Assembly: GCA_022820725.1 (NCBI GenBank)
Contig: JAJEFA010000001.1
Location: 182,749 to 246,748 of the forward strand
Length of the DNA: 64,000 nt
Direction: 5' to 3'
Origin: Candidatus Binatia bacterium
Lineage (GTDB): Bacteria > Desulfobacterota > Binatia > Bin18
Every line of letters starts with the position of its first letter. The stretch's first letter is position 1. Below are positions 46,793 to 53,746 of this stretch, piece by piece. Under the pieces are notes generated by a model that made no database searches, was not told the DNA's origin, and was given only the letters and a program-made list of their open reading frames with translations. The position numbers and the translations under genes were made by a program.

Positions 46793-48511
46793 TTACGGCC
46801 CTAGTGCATAGGCCTCAAGTCGCGAGGGACCATCATCGTGCTTACAGGTCGGTATATACAGAACATTGTCATGAATGAGCGGCAGCAGATTGCGCGACCT
46901 CCAACCGAGCATCTTTTGTCGCGCAATAATATGCCCATCCCGAACACGAACGCCCAGAGCAAAGTTCATGTCACCAACCCAGGCGTATTCCTCGCCGGTC
47001 TCTCCAAATGGTGCAACAACGACCCGGGTGGGATGATAACGAAAACGAACCCGTGACTCCTGGGTTGAAAAATCCGGTGCCTGCCAGAACCGTTCAAAAC
47101 GCGGCTTCCCGTTTGCCAGGGTGATTTTCAATGCCACCAGACCGGCGGAGTGGGTGGAATCGGGCATAAAGGTCGGAATGATAACAACCGGCGTTCCGTC
47201 CACTTCAGTCAGCGTCGGTTTCGTTACGATCATCCCGGCCCAGTCAATCTTACAGGTGTCTTCAGCGGTCCCACACACCTCAACGAGCTGGTGTCGATCA
47301 TACAGCAGCCCCATATGCTCAGCATCAACAAGATAAGCGCTGCCATCCTTGCCGGCTTGTACGTAAACGGTTGGACCATCCGGGACTTCAACTTTGACCG
47401 GTGAGTTTGCTCCGAGGTCATAATCCATCCAGGCAATGCACTCCCAGAACGTTTTGTCGTCACACACGCCAGAAGCGGGCCGGAGAGCGTCGTCACCGGC
47501 TGGTAGCCGGGGAAGAAAGAGATTCTTGCATGACTCAAGACAGGCCAGAGCCGGTTCGCTGGGGTCAAATCCGGCGCATAATTGCACGTCACAGCCAGAT
47601 TCAAACGCGAGTCCGGGGCCAACTCGCATCAGCGTGTTCGCATAATTTTGACGGGGTGGATCAAGCTGACCATTCCCGGTCGGAATAAGTAACTCGAAAC
47701 CGTCCCCTACAGGAAACACCTGCGGTCCTGCAGGAGCCCATACCCCGCCGCCGCAAATCGTATGCCGTGCGCCTGACTTCCCTTCCTGAGGGCATGAGTC
47801 CTCCGGTGTGGTCAACAAGACCCCGGAAATGGCTGCCTGTGCCCCCCTGTCCAGCCAGGCACTCAAGTCAAGCTCGAAGACCCAGCCATGCCAGGGCTGA
47901 ATATCCATATAATTCCCGAACGACACATAGGCATAGCCGAGGTGGTCATCTCCTCCAGGAGCATACACAAGGGCGGAGCGCGAGAGGGCAGTGGCCGGGT
48001 TGAAGCGGACAACTCCCGTCCCATTGCTGCTTGTCTTTTGGGCCTGTAATTCGACTATGGGGAAGGCCGGGTCGAGCCGGCGCTGATCCAGATCAATGAC
48101 CGCCACCCTATGGCTGATGCGCTCATACGAACGAAGTGCACGGACTTGATAGGCGACAACAAGTTTATTTTGGAATTGAACGGGAGTCGCCAACAGCCAG
48201 GGCCGGTAGCCCTCGGGCACCGGAAGACGCAGCTCCCAGACGCGCTGGCCGGTCTTGGGCTGCACCCCGGCAAGCAGTCCGTCGGAGGCGGCGACTAAAA
48301 TAAACGCAGAGTCTTGGGACGCGACGGGTAAAGGAGAGGCCGAAATACAGCCGGCAAACGAGTGTTTTTGATCTGTATCCTCTGGAAATATCCGTGTGAG
48401 TTGCGGAACAGCGGCCGCATCCTGCCTTGTGTCGTCCCCTGAAGCACACGCCACAAATCCGTACAACGTCACGAACAGGAGTATCTTTGGGATGATCTTG
48501 CCGAAGTGCAT
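46793..48511 (-). CDS. Secreted/lipoprotein beta-propeller protein (PQQ/BamB-like repeats), in a lower-GC patch
   Basis: Signal peptide MHFGKIIPKILLFVTLYGFVACASG (start behind AAGAGGA). Repeated DG.L.A...TG...W-type blades, many Cys pairs. Function unknown. Confidence 0.5.
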   Translation of the reverse strand: MHFGKIIPKILLFVTLYGFVACASGDDTRQDAAAVPQLTRIFPEDTDQKHSFAGCISASPLPVASQDSAFILVAASDGLLAGVQPKTGQRVWELRLPVPEGYRPWLLATPVQFQNKLVVAYQVRALRSYERISHRVAVIDLDQRRLDPAFPIVELQAQKTSSNGTGVVRFNPATALSRSALVYAPGGDDHLGYAYVSFGNYMDIQPWHGWVFELDLSAWLDRGAQAAISGVLLTTPEDSCPQEGKSGARHTICGGGVWAPAGPQVFPVGDGFELLIPTGNGQLDPPRQNYANTLMRVGPGLAFESGCDVQLCAGFDPSEPALACLESCKNLFLPRLPAGDDALRPASGVCDDKTFWECIAWMDYDLGANSPVKVEVPDGPTVYVQAGKDGSAYLVDAEHMGLLYDRHQLVEVCGTAEDTCKIDWAGMIVTKPTLTEVDGTPVVIIPTFMPDSTHSAGLVALKITLANGKPRFERFWQAPDFSTQESRVRFRYHPTRVVVAPFGETGEEYAWVGDMNFALGVRVRDGHIIARQKMLGWRSRNLLPLIHDNVLYIPTCKHDDGPSRLEAYALGP

Positions 48512-48711
48512 ACGAGACAATCCTCTTCCAAATTTATACACACGAGGATGACTTGTGTTGTATCTTCTACGCCATTGGAACCAACGTCGAAGAGGTTGAA
48601 GGGTCTGTCTGAACGTTATACCTACGCTAAAGCTGAGGCGGGATACAGGGCCGTCTTATTCCGCTCCCTTTGATCCCGTTGCACCCCCCACTCTGCTGTA
48701 CGCTGACGTTG

Positions 48712-49788
48712 CTATTCATGGTCGCCACCCGCCTCTCCCTTCTCGAGAATGACAACCGTGAAGTCCTCAGTCTGAGCCACAATCTCTCGCAAGAAGAGCC
48801 CTATCCCGTCGGGGATGAGTGGGCGAGGCATGCCCCGTTGTGTCTGGCAGACGAGTTGCTTCTTCTCGTCTACATATAAATCGAATTGATGCAACTGTTC
48901 CCACCCCTGGCGGCTCCCCTCTCTGGTGTGGAAATCGAGTACCAGAATGCCACCGGAGCGCAAACACGCCCCGGCCTGCCCGACAACCGCTATCGGGTCT
49001 TCAACGTGATCAATCGCATTGCGGGTATGAATAATATCGAAGGTCTCTGGAGGGAGCACTGACGTCAACTCTTCAGCATAGATATTCAGTTCGCGATGGC
49101 ACGCCACGGCCGGCAGGCCAGAAAGTCCGTGTCGCTCCAAGATGATCCGATACATATCAAGCAAAGGATCAACGCCGGTGACATGCAACAATCCCTGGAG
49201 AACACCCCAGCGCAATACGGAAATTGGGCCACAGCCGATGTCAAGCGTATCGACCGGCTTCGTAGCCTGTCCTTGGAAACGCCGAATATAGGGGAGAAGA
49301 AATTGAGGAAAGAGTCGCTCACAGTGGGTACGACTGAGATGTTGGAGAATATACTGAGTCCAGCGGGTTGGTTGTCCGTCCCATTCATTGACGCCACCAA
49401 TTTCAAAGTCATGATGAGCCACCTCCTGACACAGCGCGCTTTCCCGGACGGCTGAGGGAGGAGGATAGGCACTATGCGTATAGGCGCATCCGAGCGCTTG
49501 GCACTCGCGTTGTACTGAGGCGGTAAAATCAGCCCGATCCGTTATGACTCCTACGACCCGGCAAGCACCAGACGCTTCCTCCGTAAGGGTCCCCGGTTCC
49601 AGGGGGGCAGAACGGACCAACATCGCATCCACACTCAGCCAGTCCCGCCAGACCAGAAGGAGACGGCGCGCTTCATCAGGAGCAACGCCGGTCTGTTCAT
49701 CAATGACCAGGGTAAGACCACGCCTGCTTCCTCCATTGGTCTCGCGGACCTGACGAAGATTAAACAAAAAACGCATAAGAATATGCAT
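48712..49788 (-). CDS. Class I SAM-dependent methyltransferase with an N-terminal extra domain
   Basis: Motif I LDIGCGPISVL, post-I and motif II/III region ...IIHTRNAIDHVEDP...GGILVLDFH. Confidence 0.6.
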   Translation of the reverse strand: MHILMRFLFNLRQVRETNGGSRRGLTLVIDEQTGVAPDEARRLLLVWRDWLSVDAMLVRSAPLEPGTLTEEASGACRVVGVITDRADFTASVQRECQALGCAYTHSAYPPPSAVRESALCQEVAHHDFEIGGVNEWDGQPTRWTQYILQHLSRTHCERLFPQFLLPYIRRFQGQATKPVDTLDIGCGPISVLRWGVLQGLLHVTGVDPLLDMYRIILERHGLSGLPAVACHRELNIYAEELTSVLPPETFDIIHTRNAIDHVEDPIAVVGQAGACLRSGGILVLDFHTREGSRQGWEQLHQFDLYVDEKKQLVCQTQRGMPRPLIPDGIGLFLREIVAQTEDFTVVILEKGEAGGDHE

Positions 49789-49838
49789 ACGATACTCACC
49801 TTGGCCGACCCGGCGTTCCGCTCAATGTTGACCGTATC

Positions 49839-50528
49839 CTACGACCGGACGGACAGCCGCAAGGTATGCGCATTGCCGTTCCAGCTCGGCGCTCCGGCCT
49901 CATAGCGGAACCCGGCCACTTCACACATGGCTCTGAGCGCCTCAGCCGTCGGCAGCCACCACCAGGGGCCGAAATCCTCAAAGCGCCACTCCGCCACCTC
50001 CTGCGTGATGCCGAACGCCCCGTCTCCGACAATGGCCTGCCAATACGCCTGGACAATCTCACGCTCGCGGCCCTGGAGAGCCGGAATACACAGCATGGCC
50101 GCGGCGGGCAGCTCAAGCACCCCTTTTGCTCCTTCAATCCGAGTTGCGGTAACGGCCGAGGTCAGAACGAGAGCCTCACGCGTTATCCTGCGTAAGGCGC
50201 GTAAGAACTGCATCGGCTCGGGCATGTGATACAGCACCCCGGAGCAGTGCACGACATCGAACTGCGGGCAGGGGTCCGCCGCGGCCAAGGTCAGGATGTC
50301 GGCGCTCACGCACTCAACGGCCGGCAGCCGGAGCGTGCGCCGCCGCTCGTCAAATAACGCCCACAGCTCGCTGTCTACAGGCGAGACATCAATCATGGCC
50401 AGCGTGCGCGCACCGTGCGCATGGGCAACGGAGACCTTCTCATTGACCGTCCCCCACAGCCCGCCGACATCGGCAAACGATTTTCCGGCCACAACCTGGC
50501 GAATATAGGTATCCCGCACATCCCTCAT
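49839..50528 (-). CDS. Class I SAM-dependent methyltransferase
   Basis: ...FADVGGLWG... motif I-like and ...VVHCSGVLYHMPEPMQFL... region. Confidence 0.6.
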   Translation of the reverse strand: MRDVRDTYIRQVVAGKSFADVGGLWGTVNEKVSVAHAHGARTLAMIDVSPVDSELWALFDERRRTLRLPAVECVSADILTLAAADPCPQFDVVHCSGVLYHMPEPMQFLRALRRITREALVLTSAVTATRIEGAKGVLELPAAAMLCIPALQGREREIVQAYWQAIVGDGAFGITQEVAEWRFEDFGPWWWLPTAEALRAMCEVAGFRYEAGAPSWNGNAHTLRLSVRS

Positions 50529-50760
50529 GGGGTTCCCTCACACAGCAGTGCAGCCACCGCCTGATTCTACTGTCCTAACGCTCGGACGAATTCTAATAAG
50601 ACGGAAGCATGCACCGAAGCAATACCCCCCACATCACATCATCCACCAAGCTGGGATGGTAAAAGGCAAGTTGCTCTACTCCGCCCTGTCACCCGCGACG
50701 ATCCCATTGACCTTGATCCCTGTGACGCTATGGTGAGCTACCCCTGAGGAGATCGGCCCC

Positions 50761-51018
50761 ATGCGTACGGATACCGTTGTACGAGCCCGCATTGATCCTG
50801 ATATAAAGGCACGAGCGGCTGAAGCACTGGAAGTGCTGGGACTGTCCGTATCGGACGCCATTCGCCTCCTGCTGATACACATAGCGGAGGAAAAGCGCCT
50901 GCCGTTCACAGACCGAGAACCCAATGCCGTCACCGCCAAGGCGATAAACCAGTTGGAAAGCGGTAAGGGAAAACGCTTCGACACACCGGACGACCTGTTT
51001 CAAGACTTGGGTATCTGA
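50761..51018 (+). CDS. dinJ: DinJ/RelB-family type II antitoxin (ribbon-helix-helix); no cognate toxin gene adjacent
   Basis: MRTDTVVRARIDPDIKARAAEALEVLGLSVSDAIRLLLIHIAEEKRLPF is a close match to DinJ N-termini. GAGGAG Shine-Dalgarno. The downstream space is occupied by the convergent HigA-like gene. Confidence 0.7.
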   Translation: MRTDTVVRARIDPDIKARAAEALEVLGLSVSDAIRLLLIHIAEEKRLPFTDREPNAVTAKAINQLESGKGKRFDTPDDLFQDLGI

Positions 51019-51028
51019 CTGAACGTGC

Positions 51029-51316
51029 TCACGCCGGGCGAATGACTTCAATCTTTAACCCCGTCGCCCGCACGACCGGAGCTAGCGTCGACCACCGGGG
51101 GTTCCCCTTGGCCGACAGTACGCGGTACAGACTCTCCCGGGGAATCCCCGCCCGTTTGGCGACCACCGCCATGCCTTGTGCTTCAGCGACTTTCCGCAGC
51201 GCTTGCAGGAAGACGGCCGGCTCCTCGTCCTCTGCCGCTGCCGTCAGATATTCGGCGCTAAAACCGGGATCTTTGAGCTGTTCCCGCAGCCACTCGTTAT
51301 GCTTCACCTGTTTCAT
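51029..51316 (-). CDS. HigA-family 'addiction module antidote' protein (COG3636-like HTH); no killer gene upstream
   Basis: ...FSAEYLTAAAEDEEPAVFLQALRKVAEAQGMAVVAKRAGIPRESLYRVLSAKGNPRWSTLAPVVRATGLKIEV matches the antidote family consensus. Start placed at Met35. Confidence 0.6.
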   Translation of the reverse strand: MKQVKHNEWLREQLKDPGFSAEYLTAAAEDEEPAVFLQALRKVAEAQGMAVVAKRAGIPRESLYRVLSAKGNPRWSTLAPVVRATGLKIEVIRPA

Positions 51317-51421
51317 GATCCCCTCGCTTGCGGCTGACCCCGAGTGTGTCACGGTCTTGACCGCCAATTCTTCAACCGCGCCTTCGCTTCGGCAATATAC
51401 CTTGCGGGCCTCATACATTCT

Positions 51422-53746
51422 TCAGAGTGCCCTCTCACGCAGCAAGCGCCGTTTGAGACGATTTTTCAGGGAAAGCAGCCACGGACGGTTGGTCTTGAGC
51501 AGGGCGGTATAGAGCGGCAAGAACATCCGGCGGACCGAAAAATACAGCACCGTCCGCCAGGAGTGGCCGTACGCGGCCACAAGATGGGCCGGAATCAAAC
51601 GCGTTCCTTGCTCTTGCCCGGCGCCCTGCTCCCGTTCCTGCCACAGCCAGTCCGTCACCGTCGTGATCCGCAGATACTCCACCGCCTGCGTTGCACAGGC
51701 GCGTCCGAGACCGAGACCGGGAACCGGCGCGGTGGCCGCTGCCCGCTCCTGCCGTGCGGCTTCACAGGCCGCCAGAACGGTATCGGTCATCTGCTCCAGC
51801 CGGAAGTAATCCTCAATACGCTGGCGCCCCTGTTGGCCCATGCTCTTGCGCTGCTCCGGCTCGTCCAGCAGTCGGGCCAGAACGGTCGAATACTGCCGGG
51901 CTTCGTCTTCTTCCGATCCACGGCCGATCAACACCCCGCATTCAGGCGTGACCAGCTCACGCTGTCCGCCCACGTCAGCCCCCACCACCGGCACTCCGCA
52001 GGCCAGGGCCTCATAGACCGAAAGCGCGATCCCCTCCCACTCCGAGGGCAGAAAGAAAATATCCGCCGCGGCCAACAGGTCCCGAATATCCGTATTGGAC
52101 AACTCCCCGACAAGACGGACCCGCCGTTCCAGCCGGTGCTTGCGGACAAAGGACTTGAGCCAGGCAAAATCCGGCCCGTCGCCGGCAACCACTAACACGA
52201 AATCAGTGTCGCCCCGGGCAAGGCGCAGCGCGGTCTGCGCCAGAACCTTCGGTTGCTTTTGGGCGCACACGCGCCCGACAAACACAATCAGCGGCGTTGA
52301 TTCGGCAATGTCGTAGTGCCGGCGGGCACGGCGGCCCCGCTCGGCGTCGGGCCGCCAGGAGTCGGCGTCGATATTCGTATGACACACCTGGATCGCATCC
52401 GGGTTGGCGCCGCGGGCCGCCATCCAGGCTTTCAGATGCTCCGACGACACCAGGCTGCGGTCAAGCGTTTCCTGATAGGTGACCGACATCTGCGGATAGC
52501 CGCCGTTCTTCCACGCCTCTTCCTCAATATGGCAAAAATCGAGCAGGGGCAGCTTTGGAAAATGCGCCCGCAGATAGGGCAGGAGCTGGTAGCCGAACTC
52601 GCTGTGCGAGACGAGCACCGCGTCCATCTCCCGGCTGTGGATGAGAGAGCGCACAAAGCGCGGATAATCCGCGGGCCGCAGAAAACGGTGCAGGAGAAAA
52701 ATATCGGGGGTCAGGCGGGCAAACTGGGCCAGCCAGGGATGATCGCTACTGAGCGTCGTCGCTATGCTCACCTCCCAGCCGCGCCGGACAAGCTGGCCGA
52801 GCAGATCCAGGTTGAACTTGTCCGACCCGCCCATAGCCAGCCACGGCACGATCAGCAGCAGACGCGGCTTTTCCTTGTGGAGTTTGTTCTCCCACGGGAG
52901 GGTATCGGACACGGTTTCATACGGCGCGAGCGGCGCGGCCTGGGGAGTGGGAAAATCCTCCCAGAGGCGCGGGTAGCGCTGGCGCATTTTTTTCCGAAAG
53001 GCATCCTCGCGCTTCCCGCCATCCCAGTTGTCCCAGCGGTCGCCGTGATTCTCGCGGCGGCGGTACCAGTCGAGATATTCCGGCAGCGTCGTGCCCCAAT
53101 GGCCCTCACTGGCGCAGTGCAGCCAGAAGTCCCAGTCTTCCAGCCCGCCCCGGATCGTTTCGTCATAGCCGCCGACGGCGGTATGCACGCTGCGGCGCAC
53201 CGCGCCGGTGATGTCCACCAGGTTCTGCTCCAGGAAGACCCCCCCGTTGTGGAAGCCCTGCTCCCACAGGTACTCGCTGGCGTCAAAGCCGACCGAGTAG
53301 CCCTTCACAAAGGCGAATTCGGGATAGGACTCCAACAGCCAGACCCATTTTTCTATGGCGGTCGGCTCCAGCAGATTATCCGTATCGAGCTGGACGACGT
53401 ACTCCGCACGCGCGGCCCGGTACGCGGTATTGCGTCCGGCGCTGGGCCCCTGGTTGACCTCGTGGTCAATTACCCGAATCCGGGGGTCCGTGTTGCGGTA
53501 GGAGTCGAGAATAGCCAGGGCCTCCGGGTTGGTCGAGCCGTCGTTGACGATAATCCACTCCCACTGCTGGAAGGACTGCCGCAGGACGGACCGCGCCGTG
53601 TCATGAAAAATCGCGCCGGTGTTGTAATACGGCGTCACGATGGTCACCGCCGGCGGGACGCTCGGGTCAATCGGACGATAAGCATAGACCGGACGCCGGT
53701 CCGAGGCCGGCGTATTCGTATAATCGGGACTGTTGGGATCAATCAT
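51422..53746 (-). CDS. Bifunctional glycosyltransferase, N-terminal GT2 plus C-terminal GT4 domains
   Basis: GT2 domain: VTIVTPYYNTGAIF...IIVNDGSTNPE...VQLDTDN. GT4 domain: ...LIVFVGRVCAQKQPKVL...IFFLPSEWEGIALSVYEALACGVPVVGADVGGQRELV. Confidence 0.8.
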   Translation of the reverse strand: MIDPNSPDYTNTPASDRRPVYAYRPIDPSVPPAVTIVTPYYNTGAIFHDTARSVLRQSFQQWEWIIVNDGSTNPEALAILDSYRNTDPRIRVIDHEVNQGPSAGRNTAYRAARAEYVVQLDTDNLLEPTAIEKWVWLLESYPEFAFVKGYSVGFDASEYLWEQGFHNGGVFLEQNLVDITGAVRRSVHTAVGGYDETIRGGLEDWDFWLHCASEGHWGTTLPEYLDWYRRRENHGDRWDNWDGGKREDAFRKKMRQRYPRLWEDFPTPQAAPLAPYETVSDTLPWENKLHKEKPRLLLIVPWLAMGGSDKFNLDLLGQLVRRGWEVSIATTLSSDHPWLAQFARLTPDIFLLHRFLRPADYPRFVRSLIHSREMDAVLVSHSEFGYQLLPYLRAHFPKLPLLDFCHIEEEAWKNGGYPQMSVTYQETLDRSLVSSEHLKAWMAARGANPDAIQVCHTNIDADSWRPDAERGRRARRHYDIAESTPLIVFVGRVCAQKQPKVLAQTALRLARGDTDFVLVVAGDGPDFAWLKSFVRKHRLERRVRLVGELSNTDIRDLLAAADIFFLPSEWEGIALSVYEALACGVPVVGADVGGQRELVTPECGVLIGRGSEEDEARQYSTVLARLLDEPEQRKSMGQQGRQRIEDYFRLEQMTDTVLAACEAARQERAAATAPVPGLGLGRACATQAVEYLRITTVTDWLWQEREQGAGQEQGTRLIPAHLVAAYGHSWRTVLYFSVRRMFLPLYTALLKTNRPWLLSLKNRLKRRLLRERAL

